DNA of 63,598 nt, counting the filler. It is 8 parts of 8 records of this genome, joined end to end, with 100 filler letters (N's around TTAATTAATTAA, not from the genome) between each part and the next. Parts side by side here need not be neighbours in the genome. Positions count along the whole stretch, not along the records: positions 40,617 to 56,205 come from SRR31156797_46256; 7 more parts are not named here. One strand, written 5' to 3'. The notes under the pieces were generated by a model. That model was not told the DNA's origin and ran no database searches. It was given only the letters and a program-made list of their open reading frames with translations. Of the stretch, positions 40,517 to 50,569 are shown in pieces. Every line of letters begins with the position of its first letter. Positions within the stretch are counted from its first letter, which is position 1. The position numbers and the translations under genes were made by a program.

Positions 40517-40616
40517 NNNNNNNNNNNNNNNNNNNNNNNNNNNNNNNNNNNNNNNNNNNNTTAATTAATTAANNNNNNNNNNNNNNNNNNNNNNNNNNNN
40601 NNNNNNNNNNNNNNNN
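40517..40616. other. Artificial contig spacer
   Basis: N44-TTAATTAATTAA-N44. Confidence 0.99.
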
Positions 40617-40768
40617 ACGGTCTCTTTCATGTCTTCCAGGTCCTTGTCCGTAATCACGATATTCATGACCATGATGCGCGCGCCCTCACCGGCGAGCCTG
40701 CGCGCAAACGCTCTCCCCAGGCCCCTGGCACCGCCGGTCACAATGGCAACCCTGTCCTTCAAACGCAT
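40617..40768 (-). CDS. Short-chain dehydrogenase/reductase, 3' truncated
   Basis: VAIVTGGARGLG Rossmann motif; AGGAG RBS. Confidence 0.85.
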
Positions 40769-40785
40769 GTTGAGACTCCTTTTTT

Positions 40786-40830
40786 TGTTAGCTGTTAACT
40801 AAGAGCTAACAGCTAACCGCTAACAGCTAA
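40786..40830. repeat. Heptamer tandem repeats (GCTAACA/C) in inverted arrangement forming a hairpin
   Basis: TGTTAGCTGTTAACT-AAG-AGCTAACAGCTAACCGCTAACAGCTAA. Confidence 0.7.
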
Positions 40831-40832
40831 AA

Positions 40833-42476
40833 TCAATACTCCGGTTTCCGAAGCCCGTAATCATCGGCAATGATCTGGTAACAGTTGTAGCTGGAACCTC
40901 GTCCGATGGCGGGACCACCGGCCACTCCCGAGGAACACATGTAAAGACCGTTTATGTGGGTTTTGAGACCACCGGGAAGCCCTCTGAAACGACCGCTCTG
41001 GCTTCCGCCGCAGTTCCCTTCGGACCAGCCCCCTTCCCGCATGTCCAGGTGGGTGTCCTGGATATCGATGGGGGTTGCCACGCGTTCCGCGATGAGATTC
41101 TCCTTGGTCATGTTGGGGGCGTATTGCTGCCACTGTTCCATCATGTCGTCCACGAACTCGTCATGGAGCTGCCGCCACTCTTTCCTTGAGAAGAGGCGTG
41201 CGGGAGCGGTGAATTCTTCCACATGGATGCTGTGCTTCCCTTCGGGGACCCTGGAAGGATCCCAGATGCTGTCGGGCGCCGTCAACAGGTGAAACTTGGA
41301 GGGCATTCCCAGGAGAAAAATTTCGTGCATGTACTTGTCTTCGGTGTATCCCAGATCCTTGGGCAGATAGTAGGTTCGCGGGGTGCAATTGATATCGGGG
41401 TTGTCCTTGGCCGCCGTGTAATCGGGCAGCTCATGAACACCGATGGGTCCCCAGAAAAGCTGTGCGCGGTCAAAAAAGTAGGTATCCACTTTCCGTTTCA
41501 TGGGGGTGGAGAGATTTTCTTCTCCGATCATGCGGAGAAAGAGCTGCGGTGTGGCATTATCGCTGACCACCATCTGTTTCGCCTCAATTTCGGTACCGTC
41601 CAGCAGTTTAATCCCTTTGGCCTTGTTGTTTTCGATGATGAGCTTGTCCACTTCGGAATTGATGTGATACTCAACCCCCAGTTTCTCGCCCGCGGAGACA
41701 AGGGATTCTGTGATGGACCCGGTCCCCCCCTTGGCGATGGCGGCCGTCTCCCAGCCCACCACAAGGTGGAGGGTGGCGAAGGCAAACATGATCCCCGGCA
41801 CATCATCGGGATAGATGCCGCAGGAGGTGAGAAACCCTCTCATCATCAGGATTCTGAGTTCGGGGCTTTCAAAGATAAAGTGAGCCCATTCCTTGGCGGT
41901 CATGAAGTGCATGGAGGGATCAAACCCGGTTTTGGGATCCAGCGCCAGTCTTTCCAGGGCATCGGGAACACCATAGGGTGTGGGCACCGAATACCGGTAA
42001 TCATGGAACGCCGGCCGGATGTAATCGTTGTATTTTTCCGTCCAGTAGATATAGGCTTCCGCGTCGGCCTTTGAAAAACGTTCAATCTGCTCATAGGTCT
42101 TTTTCACATTTGTTTCGCTGTATTCGGTTCTCCCGGTCACCGGATCCACCACCGGGTAACCGGCGTAAGCCACATAGGAGGTCCCATCGTCAAAGACGGC
42201 CGCTTCATTGGTATCCGGGAATGTATATTCCAAACCTTCATCGCGAAGGTTGAATTCTTTGTAGGCCGGGTGCCCGTAGTAACGGGTAAAATGCGCACAG
42301 AAATTGCCCCGAAACCCCGGCGCCGGTGAATCGTCATAGGATACGGCGCCGCCGCCCAGATGATCCAGCCTTTCAAAAACCCCCACCGAAAGTCCGGCTT
42401 TGGCCAGATAAGGGGCGATGGTCGTCCCATGATGTCCGCCGCCGATCACCACTGCATCGTAAGATTTGTCCGCCAT
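40833..42476 (-). CDS. Phytoene desaturase-like FAD-dependent oxidoreductase (COG1233)
   Basis: YDAVVIGGGHHG...ER...GG dinucleotide-binding motif; KGGTGSIT; GLYMCSS...GG. Confidence 0.85.
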   Translation of the reverse strand: MADKSYDAVVIGGGHHGTTIAPYLAKAGLSVGVFERLDHLGGGAVSYDDSPAPGFRGNFCAHFTRYYGHPAYKEFNLRDEGLEYTFPDTNEAAVFDDGTSYVAYAGYPVVDPVTGRTEYSETNVKKTYEQIERFSKADAEAYIYWTEKYNDYIRPAFHDYRYSVPTPYGVPDALERLALDPKTGFDPSMHFMTAKEWAHFIFESPELRILMMRGFLTSCGIYPDDVPGIMFAFATLHLVVGWETAAIAKGGTGSITESLVSAGEKLGVEYHINSEVDKLIIENNKAKGIKLLDGTEIEAKQMVVSDNATPQLFLRMIGEENLSTPMKRKVDTYFFDRAQLFWGPIGVHELPDYTAAKDNPDINCTPRTYYLPKDLGYTEDKYMHEIFLLGMPSKFHLLTAPDSIWDPSRVPEGKHSIHVEEFTAPARLFSRKEWRQLHDEFVDDMMEQWQQYAPNMTKENLIAERVATPIDIQDTHLDMREGGWSEGNCGGSQSGRFRGLPGGLKTHINGLYMCSSGVAGGPAIGRGSSYNCYQIIADDYGLRKPEY

Positions 42477-42553
42477 TGTGTGTTTCCTCCCGTCTCTTTA
42501 AAAGGTAAAAAAAAAAGGTTTAATCCCTTATTCTCAAATCCTTAATCCGTAAT

Positions 42554-43345
42554 CTATTTTAGCGACATGAAGACTTCCGCCAGTTTTTCCGCCTGATCAT
42601 CGGCCGAACCTTCAATAAATTGGCAATCCCTTCCCATATCCGGGGGAGAAGAAAGCGCCGCGATCCCCATTTTCCGAAGCGCATCGGAATTTACGCCGAT
42701 GTCCTCGGCATTCCACGTGGGAATTTTTCGGGCGCCCCGCATCATCTTGAGCATTTTGGTCCGGGAAATGTACCTTAATTCACCCACCTCATTGCTCACC
42801 GTGATCAATGCCGGCATCACGGCTTTGACCCGTTCGTATCCTTCGGGAACGCTCTTCTCCACCACCACGCTGCCCTCTTCCACTTGAATGGCCCGTGCCA
42901 GGCTGATACAGGGAAGTTCCAGCATTTCCCCCAGGATGAGTCCCACCTGGCCGGAATCCCAGTCCCCGGCCTGCCTTCCCGTCAACACCAGATGGTAATC
43001 GCCCACCTTGCGGATGGCATCGGCCAGGGCCGTTGCCGTGGAATAGCTATCCAGTTTTTCAAACTGATTATCCTGCAAAAGGATTAATTCATCGGCACCC
43101 GCGGCGATGGTTTTTCTAAGGACCGTATCCGATACCTTTTTCCCCAGACTCAGAACCGTTATTTTACCGCCCACCGTTTCCTTGAGCCGAACAGCCGCCT
43201 CCAGAGCATTTTCGTCGAAAGGGGAGATGACCTGGGGTGCGTCCACGATCACTTCCATTTTTTCCGCATCCACGCTCACATCGGAAAGGGGCGCTTCCGG
43301 ATCCGGAATCTGTTTGGCACAGACGATGATTTTAATTTCCGTCAT
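42554..43345 (-). CDS. etfB: Electron transfer flavoprotein beta subunit
   Basis: IVCAKQIPDP, PFDENALE, GRQAGDWDSGQVG. Confidence 0.93.
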   Translation of the reverse strand: MTEIKIIVCAKQIPDPEAPLSDVSVDAEKMEVIVDAPQVISPFDENALEAAVRLKETVGGKITVLSLGKKVSDTVLRKTIAAGADELILLQDNQFEKLDSYSTATALADAIRKVGDYHLVLTGRQAGDWDSGQVGLILGEMLELPCISLARAIQVEEGSVVVEKSVPEGYERVKAVMPALITVSNEVGELRYISRTKMLKMMRGARKIPTWNAEDIGVNSDALRKMGIAALSSPPDMGRDCQFIEGSADDQAEKLAEVFMSLK

Positions 43346-44331
43346 GACAAGTCCTCCAGTTTTTCGATGAGCGAAGGGATCACATCTTCATAATCTTCCA
43401 CAATGCCGTAATCCGCCACCTTAAACATGTTGCAGCTTTTATCCGTATTGATGGCGATGATCTTCTTGGCATGAACCATGCCCACCAAATGCTGAATGGC
43501 ACCGGATATGCCGACCGCCACATAGATATCGGGCGATATCATGGTACCTGTGAGCCCCACCTGATGGTCGGAAGAGATCCATCCCTTGTCCACGGCCACG
43601 CGACTGCACCCGATCATCACATTGTCAAAAGATTCACCCAAGGTCTCCGCCAGCTCTTCAAGGAGTTCAAACCCATCCTCTTCGCCCAGACCCGCACCGC
43701 CGGCCACCACCACACTGGCCTTATCCAGGGCCACGGACGCTTCTTCAACGATTTCCAGGGATTCCACCTTGACCATGGATTCATCAATTTCCGGGACGAT
43801 TTCCTCTATTTCGCCTGCGGCATCACCCGGTTCGGCAGCAACAAAAACCTTTGCGCGCACCGTGGCCAGTTGCGGTTCCCCCTCGAACTTGAAAACGGAT
43901 ATGGCATTCCCCCCGGAGACCGGCTTGGTCCGCAACAACAATTGGTCTTCCGGATCCATGGAGAGATCAATGCAGTCGGTGGTCAGTCGGCTGTTCAGCC
44001 GGGCGGAAAGACGTGGCCCCACTTCCATGCCCACAAAAGAGTGGCCCATGAGGAAAACCCTCGGACCGATCTTCCGGCAGGCCTGCGCAAGAGCTGCCAC
44101 CCACAGATCAGGTTTAAAACCCTCAAGCAGGGGGTGTTCCATTTTATAGACCTTATCCGGACCATGGGAAAGGGCCTCATCGGCAGCCTTTGCAACGGAT
44201 GCTCCCATCAACAGGAGGGAAACCTCACCTTTCAATTCTCCGGCCAGTTTCTTTCCCGCGCCCAGGAGTTCAAGGGACTTGAGATCCAGCAATCCCTCTT
44301 TCACTTCTCCCAATATCAATACTTCACTCAT
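43342..44331 (-). CDS. etfA: Electron transfer flavoprotein alpha subunit
   Basis: QVGLTG, YVAVGISGAIQHLVGM, IIAINTD. Confidence 0.93.
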   Translation of the reverse strand: MSEVLILGEVKEGLLDLKSLELLGAGKKLAGELKGEVSLLLMGASVAKAADEALSHGPDKVYKMEHPLLEGFKPDLWVAALAQACRKIGPRVFLMGHSFVGMEVGPRLSARLNSRLTTDCIDLSMDPEDQLLLRTKPVSGGNAISVFKFEGEPQLATVRAKVFVAAEPGDAAGEIEEIVPEIDESMVKVESLEIVEEASVALDKASVVVAGGAGLGEEDGFELLEELAETLGESFDNVMIGCSRVAVDKGWISSDHQVGLTGTMISPDIYVAVGISGAIQHLVGMVHAKKIIAINTDKSCNMFKVADYGIVEDYEDVIPSLIEKLEDLS

Positions 44332-44333
44332 GA

Positions 44334-46274
44334 CTAAGCCTCCCTTTTTTCCAATGCCTGCAACACCAGTTCATTTAAATCCATCACCCTGAAAGGTTCT
44401 TTAAAACCTGAGACCTTGCGCGCATCCTCCAGCATGATGAGACATAAGGGGCATGCGGTAATAACGATCTCCGCCCCTGTGGCTTCCGCTTCCCGAATCC
44501 GCACCTCCCCCATCTTCACATCGCCTTGCAGGTCCTGCCACATTCTGCCGCCGCCACCACCGCAACAGAGACTATCTTCCCGATGATGGGGCATCTCAAC
44601 CAGGCTGATCCCGGGGATGGCTCGAATAATATCCCTCGGTTCATCAAAAATCCGATTGTGCCGACCCAGGTAACAGGGATCATGGTAGGTGACGTTGGCT
44701 TCAATATCTTTTTTGAATTTCAGCTTTCCATCCGCCATCAGCTCTTGAAGCATGAGTATGTAATGTCTTGCCCGGAATTGGGCTTCCGGGTATTCATTTT
44801 TGAAGGTATGGAAACAATGGGGCGATGACGTCACAAGTTCCGTAATGTGGTATTTTTCAAAAAGTTCTTCACAGCCCTCTTTCTGTTCCTCAAATAACCC
44901 CAATTCCCCCACACGGCGGGCAATGTCCCCGCAGCACGGCTCTTTTTTTCCCAGTATGCCGAAACTCACCCCGGCAGATTTCAGCACCGCTGAAAAAGAT
45001 CGTGCGATTCTCTGTGCCGTATCGTCAAAAGAGGTGGTGCACCCCACAAAGTAGCAGAGATCGGCTTCCACACCCCGTTTGGTGAGATTGGGAATTTCCA
45101 GATCATCGGCCCAGGCGCCCCGTTTCTTTTTGGAGGATTCCCAAGGGTTATTGTATTTGAAGAGTTTCTCAAGGGTCTGATTCAGAAGCTTGGGCACCCG
45201 GGTCCCCTCTTCCACGGCCAGCACCCTTCTCTTTGTCACCGCCTCAAAGGCGGCACCGTAAACCGGGCATACCTCCAGACAGGCGCGACAGGTGGTGCAG
45301 TACCAGAAATTTTCATCCACCGTTGTTTCTTCATTGCGGCTCATGAACCGGATGTCTCCCACGGGGGAGTGTTCCCGCCACAATATCTTTCGCATGGCCT
45401 GCACAAAATCCCTGGGGGCAAAGGGTTCCCCGGCACCCGTCGAGGGACAGGCCGCCACGCAACGGCCGCACCGCATGCATCCGTCAAAGAAAACGGCATC
45501 ACCCAGATTGAAATCCGCGGAACCCTCTTCCATGCTCAGAAGAACCGGTTCGGCGGCACCCTGGAAATATATGCCGGCAGGCGCCCCCAGGATGTGAAAC
45601 AGTTTGGTGTAGGGGATCAAGGCGATAAAACTCAGGCAAAGAAGGGTGTGTATCCACCAGCAGGCGGGGTAGAAAACTTCGGCCCATGCCGGTGAGAAGA
45701 GACCGCCCATCCACCACCCCACAAAAGACCATGCCCCCCACGCCGGTTGCTGGGACGATAACCTCAAGCCTTCCAGGATAAAACCGGAAAGCACCATCAG
45801 CAGTAGCCACAAAGGAACGAGAGCATCTTCCAAACGTCTTTCAAGACGGGGGACACGCTGGAGATAACGTCGAATGAGCGCCCAGAGGACCCCTATGAGG
45901 AGCATGAGGCCTGCCAGTTCCATTGCAAAGGAAAAAACCAGGTGAGCCGTGCCCTCCAGAAAAGACGTCACATTATGATGGATTGACAGAACAACGGTGC
46001 CCATGAAAAGGGTCAGAAACCCCCAGAAGATGAGCAGGTGCATAAAACCCGCCGCCACATGGCCCGCCAGCAGGCGACGTCCCAGAAAAACGTCCAGCAG
46101 CATTTTCTTCAGTGCATCGGTTGAAAAGGATACGCCCCGGGATCCCGCACTTTTTTTCCACACCAGGATATGAACCGCAATACCCCCCAGGAAAAGAACC
46201 GTGGAAAGCGCTACCAGCACGTAAAAGACCCAGATTTGATCGATCTGCCAGAACATGACGCGATGGGGTGTCAT
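44334..46274 (-). CDS. Membrane heme b/Fe-S oxidoreductase (HdrF/DUF224, ETF:quinone oxidoreductase EMO-like)
   Basis: NarI-like TM region with His residues; CMRCGRC...CP and CTTCRAC...CP; two CCG domains; AGGGAGG RBS before ATG 46274. Confidence 0.88.
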   Translation of the reverse strand: MTPHRVMFWQIDQIWVFYVLVALSTVLFLGGIAVHILVWKKSAGSRGVSFSTDALKKMLLDVFLGRRLLAGHVAAGFMHLLIFWGFLTLFMGTVVLSIHHNVTSFLEGTAHLVFSFAMELAGLMLLIGVLWALIRRYLQRVPRLERRLEDALVPLWLLLMVLSGFILEGLRLSSQQPAWGAWSFVGWWMGGLFSPAWAEVFYPACWWIHTLLCLSFIALIPYTKLFHILGAPAGIYFQGAAEPVLLSMEEGSADFNLGDAVFFDGCMRCGRCVAACPSTGAGEPFAPRDFVQAMRKILWREHSPVGDIRFMSRNEETTVDENFWYCTTCRACLEVCPVYGAAFEAVTKRRVLAVEEGTRVPKLLNQTLEKLFKYNNPWESSKKKRGAWADDLEIPNLTKRGVEADLCYFVGCTTSFDDTAQRIARSFSAVLKSAGVSFGILGKKEPCCGDIARRVGELGLFEEQKEGCEELFEKYHITELVTSSPHCFHTFKNEYPEAQFRARHYILMLQELMADGKLKFKKDIEANVTYHDPCYLGRHNRIFDEPRDIIRAIPGISLVEMPHHREDSLCCGGGGGRMWQDLQGDVKMGEVRIREAEATGAEIVITACPLCLIMLEDARKVSGFKEPFRVMDLNELVLQALEKREA

Positions 46275-46370
46275 GGAAGCCCTCCCTGTCAGGATATGCG
46301 CTGAAATAAAGTGTTGTAAACATTGTTCGTTTTTTGGTTGACTTGTCAAAGCAATTGTTTTTATCTTGCC

Positions 46371-46385
46371 ATAAGATTTTCTTAT
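46371..46385. promoter_or_regulatory. Putative LysR box ATAAG-N5-CTTAT (T-N11-A)
   Basis: Perfect palindrome in the divergent hdrF/lysR intergenic region. Confidence 0.6.
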
Positions 46386-46415
46386 AATGTAAAACATATG
46401 CTTATAGGGTACGAA

Positions 46416-47294
46416 ATGCGAATAAACCTGAACCAGTTAAGAGCCTTCTTCCTTGCGGCACGTAACAAAAGCGTCACCAAGGCCGCCCAGTCACTTTTTG
46501 TCACCCAACCGGCGGTGACCATGCAGATCAAATCGCTGGAATCGGATCTGGACCTGAAGCTGTTCACGCGCCATGGAAAAGGGTTTGATCTCACTGACGC
46601 CGGAAGGGTTCTGTTTGGATATGCTGAAAGGATATTCGAAATTGTTGAAGAGATGGAATATGTGTTGAAAGGCCACGGAGATCTTTCCCATGGCTCCCTT
46701 GTGATCGGCACCACCAGAAGTTTTGCCCGGCACCTCATGCCGAGGCTGCTTTCAAGATTTCAGGAACAGTACCCCGGCGTCAAAGTATATCTTAAAGTGG
46801 GAAGTTCCACCAAAGTCGCCGACAGTGTCATGAATTATGAATACCATCTGGGCGTCATCGGCCGGATCCCCTTTCGCAGTAAATTGAGCGTGGTGCCCTA
46901 TTCCCGGGAAGAGTTCTGCCTGGTGGTCCCCACAAGCCACCCATTCACAACAAAAAAGGCGGTTGAATACAGGGACCTGGCCAATGAGCCCATTATCATT
47001 CGCGAGGACGGGTCCGGGTCGAGATATGCCATACTCTCCGTGTTGAGTTCCCATGGGGTCAAACCGTCCGTGCTTCTGGAGGCGGAAAGTGTTGAGTTCA
47101 TCAAGGAGTATATTATTCAGGGGCGCGGGGTGAGTTTTCTTTACAAACCGGAGATCCGCCTGGAAGCGCAGTTGGGTCTTCTCAAACCACTAACCCTGAC
47201 GGAAGGATCAATCCTGGTTCAGACCGATGTGATCTTCCCGAAAGATGTGGATCTGAACCCGGCCACAAAGGCCTTTTTAAGATTGTTTGATTAA
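46416..47294 (+). CDS. LysR-family transcriptional regulator
   Basis: SVTKAAQSLFVTQPAVTMQIKSLE HTH; C-terminal substrate-binding domain. Confidence 0.95.
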   Translation: MRINLNQLRAFFLAARNKSVTKAAQSLFVTQPAVTMQIKSLESDLDLKLFTRHGKGFDLTDAGRVLFGYAERIFEIVEEMEYVLKGHGDLSHGSLVIGTTRSFARHLMPRLLSRFQEQYPGVKVYLKVGSSTKVADSVMNYEYHLGVIGRIPFRSKLSVVPYSREEFCLVVPTSHPFTTKKAVEYRDLANEPIIIREDGSGSRYAILSVLSSHGVKPSVLLEAESVEFIKEYIIQGRGVSFLYKPEIRLEAQLGLLKPLTLTEGSILVQTDVIFPKDVDLNPATKAFLRLFD

Positions 47295-47336
47295 GAATTG
47301 ACAAAAAACGGTTGCCACCGGGTCCATAAAATTGGC

Positions 47337-47389
47337 TTGACAAAATCAGGAGTTGATAGTATTTTAGACCACATTACGCTTTTAGTCTA
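47337..47389 (+). promoter_or_regulatory. Sigma70 promoter (TTGACA-N17-TATTTT) overlapped by a TAGAC-N15-GTCTA operator
   Basis: -35 at 47337-47342, -10 at 47360-47365, palindrome at 47365-47389, directly upstream of tetR. Confidence 0.6.
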
Positions 47390-47406
47390 ACAGAATCGGA
47401 ACAACA

Positions 47407-47988
47407 ATGGCAAGCGACAAAGAACTGAAAACGGCCATCATCGCCGAAGCAACGAGGCTTTTTTCCCGTTTCGGCCTTGAAAAAACCACCATGGAAGACA
47501 TCGCCAAAGCTGCGGGAAAAGGAAAAAGCACCCTTTACTATTACTTCAAGAGCAAGGAGGATGTCTTCGCGGATGTGATCAGAACGGAGATCGCAGGGTT
47601 GAAAACCGCCATCATCCATGCGGTGGAAAAAGAAGAGGACCCGTACGGAAAATTCATGGCCTTTGTGGGCGCAAGGCTGGATTATCTCAATGAAAAAGCG
47701 GATCAGTACATCGCCATAAAAGACGAGCACCTGAAACATTACCGGTTCATAAGACGTCTTACATCCGAATATTCCGACTGGGAGATATGGACCATAAAGG
47801 ATATGGTCATATACGGTCGGGACAAAGGTTTTTTCCTGGTAACGGACGCGGCGGCTGTCTCCCGGGCCATCTTTTTCGCCTTGAAAGGATTGGAATACCC
47901 TTGGATCACCAACCTGACAAGGGATGAAATCCGGATGAGCGTAAACACCCTGGTGGATATTCTTTTGAAAGGCATCAGTAAAAAATAA
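47407..47988 (+). CDS. TetR/AcrR-family regulator
   Basis: TTMEDIAKAAG.GKSTLYYYFKSKEDVF. Confidence 0.95.
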   Translation: MASDKELKTAIIAEATRLFSRFGLEKTTMEDIAKAAGKGKSTLYYYFKSKEDVFADVIRTEIAGLKTAIIHAVEKEEDPYGKFMAFVGARLDYLNEKADQYIAIKDEHLKHYRFIRRLTSEYSDWEIWTIKDMVIYGRDKGFFLVTDAAAVSRAIFFALKGLEYPWITNLTRDEIRMSVNTLVDILLKGISKK

Positions 47989-48068
47989 TTTTCTTGCTCA
48001 AAAATAGACTGAAATACGGACTTGGTCGAAATTGCTTTCGGGGGCCATTAATTGGGACACCATGAAAT

Positions 48069-49256
48069 TCATTTTGACCCGTCCCCCTTCCCCAACAAGG
48101 CCAGGGCGATCCGGCAATAGGTTTCAACGCCCAATGACAGAACTTCCTCATTGAAATCGAATTTTGGGTTATGGATGGGCACGCCACCTTCACGGCCGAC
48201 GCCCAGAAAAAAGAAGCAACCCTTTGCCTTCTCCAGAAAAAGGGCCATGTCTTCCCCTCCCATGGTGGGTTCCGGTTCAAGAACATTCTCTTCTCCCACG
48301 GCCGCCACGGCGCATCCCCGAACCGTACGGGTCATTTCCCCATGGTTTATGAGGGGCGGATATCCGTGCACATAGTCCAGTTCATAGGAAGCGCCCATGG
48401 AGTCGCACACGCCCCGAACGATCCGCTCCATCCGTTGGGGAAGCTCCCGCCGGACGGCCCGATCAAAGGTCCTTGCGGTTCCGCACATTTCCGCCTTACC
48501 CGGTATCACGTTGAAGGCATCTCCCGCATGGAAGCTGCCCACGGTCACCACCGCCGGGGTTATGGGATCCATCTGCCGGCTGACCATGCGCTGAAGGGCA
48601 CTGACCACCTGGCACCCCACATCCAGGGCATCCACACACTGATGGGGCATGGCCCCATGACCCCCTTTGCCCATAATTTTCAGATCAAATCGATCCATGG
48701 CCGCCATGAGGGGGCCGGGTTTCACCCCGATGGTCCCTTCGGGAATCCCCGGCCACACATGACAGCCCACGGCGTACTCCACATGGGGATTTTCCATGAC
48801 GCCTTCATGGATCATGGGGCCGGCGCCGCCGGGACCCTCTTCCGCCGGTTGAAACAGGAATTTGATGGTCCCTTTCAGATGATTTTTCATTTGATTCAGG
48901 ATCGTGGCAGCGGTCAACACCATGCTCATGTGAGCGTCATGACCGCAGGCATGCATGAAGCCATGGTGGGTAGAGGCAAAATCGAGGCCCGTTTCTTCGG
49001 TAATGCCAAGGGCGTCCATGTCGGCGCGGATCATCAACGTCCCGCCGGAACCGCCACCTTCCAAAAGACCCACCACGCCGTATCGGGCGATTCCCGTCTT
49101 CACCTCAAGACCCAAGGTTCTCAAATAGGCCGCCACATACCGGGAGGTCTTTTCCTCGGTGTAGGCCGTCTCCGGAATACGGTGGAGGTCTCGGCGCAGC
49201 TTAACCGTAAGAGCGTTCTGTTCACGAACCCGTTTTTTGAAATCGATCAACGGCAA
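48069..49256 (-). CDS. M20D amidohydrolase
   Basis: RADMDAL, MHACGHD, FQPAEEG, GGHGAMPH, GGEDM. Confidence 0.93.
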   Translation of the reverse strand: MPLIDFKKRVREQNALTVKLRRDLHRIPETAYTEEKTSRYVAAYLRTLGLEVKTGIARYGVVGLLEGGGSGGTLMIRADMDALGITEETGLDFASTHHGFMHACGHDAHMSMVLTAATILNQMKNHLKGTIKFLFQPAEEGPGGAGPMIHEGVMENPHVEYAVGCHVWPGIPEGTIGVKPGPLMAAMDRFDLKIMGKGGHGAMPHQCVDALDVGCQVVSALQRMVSRQMDPITPAVVTVGSFHAGDAFNVIPGKAEMCGTARTFDRAVRRELPQRMERIVRGVCDSMGASYELDYVHGYPPLINHGEMTRTVRGCAVAAVGEENVLEPEPTMGGEDMALFLEKAKGCFFFLGVGREGGVPIHNPKFDFNEEVLSLGVETYCRIALALLGKGDGSK

Positions 49257-49350
49257 AACCCCGCTGTGTTGTGTTTTTCAATCAGCAGGATTGTTACAGG
49301 CCATCTTTCGTAATCTTCAACATGCCTTATGTCCGCTGCAAGAGTCCTCC

Positions 49351-50367
49351 TCATGCGGCAGTCCTTGACCGCCTAAGCAAAAACCACACGGCTGTGAGGC
49401 CTAAAAATGCCGCAAATATGATGCCTCCCCATTCGTTCAGCGTGGGAATTCCTTTAGCGGATTCTATTGCTATGCCGGCACCACCGATTTGAACCAAACC
49501 GCCCGGAGTCGTGGAGCCGATGGCACCGTCGATCATGGTTGTGCTCCCGGTTTGGGTGTTGCAGGTTCTGAGTTCAGGTTGAAATGTATCATTATTGAAA
49601 GCAAACATATAGCAGGTGTCGGTCTCAGGGTCAAAATCCATTCCCTGCCCGTAATTGGCGTCAAACCCGATGTGGCCGATTTGTGTAGATGCGCCGCTGG
49701 TCTTGTCGAAGGAATATAGATAGTTGTTGCAAATATCGTAGTAGTACCCCTGGCCTGCCTTGTTGAACCCCCCGCCGATGGGGCAGTCTGACGAAAGAGG
49801 GCCCACACGGGTCAGCGCCCCATTAGAAAGGTCCACAGTGTAGAGAGAACCACTGGAAATGTTGGTTGACAGTGCATGCATTGTCTGTGTTGCGGGGTCC
49901 CAGTCCAGGCTCGTTATCTCTTCAGTTCCGAAAGGGGTTCCTGTCCCGATCACACTGACGGCACCGCTGTTCACATTCACAGTGAACAGCGTCGTCGGAT
50001 TTCCACTATCCGCGCAGTAAATCCTTTTCCGATTATCCCCGGCAAAATCACAAGCGCCAATGAAAGAACTCGTTGGGGGCACGCCTCCAACATAAGTCAA
50101 TTCGTCGGGCGTGTTGAGTTGTATTGTGGCCAGTTCGGCCGGAATTTTCTGAATGCCCTCCCATCCGAAAGCCTGGGAAGCGGCTGAAATCCTGTTGCCC
50201 CTATTAGGGGCACCTTTCCCGACGCAGAGCGCCCTCAAATTCGAAGGTATGGGGCCGATCGAGTTCGGAAGGTTCCTGCATTCCAGGGGGAGTTCGGCCA
50301 TTGCCGGTGCAGCGAACAGGCTCAGAACCATAACAATACTCAAGAATTTCTTTACAATGCTTGCCAT
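49351..50367 (-). CDS. Secreted protein with IPTL-CTERM sorting signal and beta-propeller-like repeats
   Basis: Signal peptide (..APAMA); C-terminal IPTLNEWG + TM + RRSR. Confidence 0.85.
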   Translation of the reverse strand: MASIVKKFLSIVMVLSLFAAPAMAELPLECRNLPNSIGPIPSNLRALCVGKGAPNRGNRISAASQAFGWEGIQKIPAELATIQLNTPDELTYVGGVPPTSSFIGACDFAGDNRKRIYCADSGNPTTLFTVNVNSGAVSVIGTGTPFGTEEITSLDWDPATQTMHALSTNISSGSLYTVDLSNGALTRVGPLSSDCPIGGGFNKAGQGYYYDICNNYLYSFDKTSGASTQIGHIGFDANYGQGMDFDPETDTCYMFAFNNDTFQPELRTCNTQTGSTTMIDGAIGSTTPGGLVQIGGAGIAIESAKGIPTLNEWGGIIFAAFLGLTAVWFLLRRSRTAA

Positions 50368-50569
50368 TTGGATCTCTCCTTATGCTAGGGTTAGAGGGAT
50401 AAGGGCATACACATTTCCGGAGGAATTATAAAGATATTATTTTTTAATAGTCAAGGGAAATATGAACTTAAAATAATTAGGAAAATAGTGCCCGGGAAAG
50501 GTAATGGGGCGGGCCTGACGGCATTCGTAAAACCAGATGCAAATGAATTGTATGCCTTTTATCAAGGCC

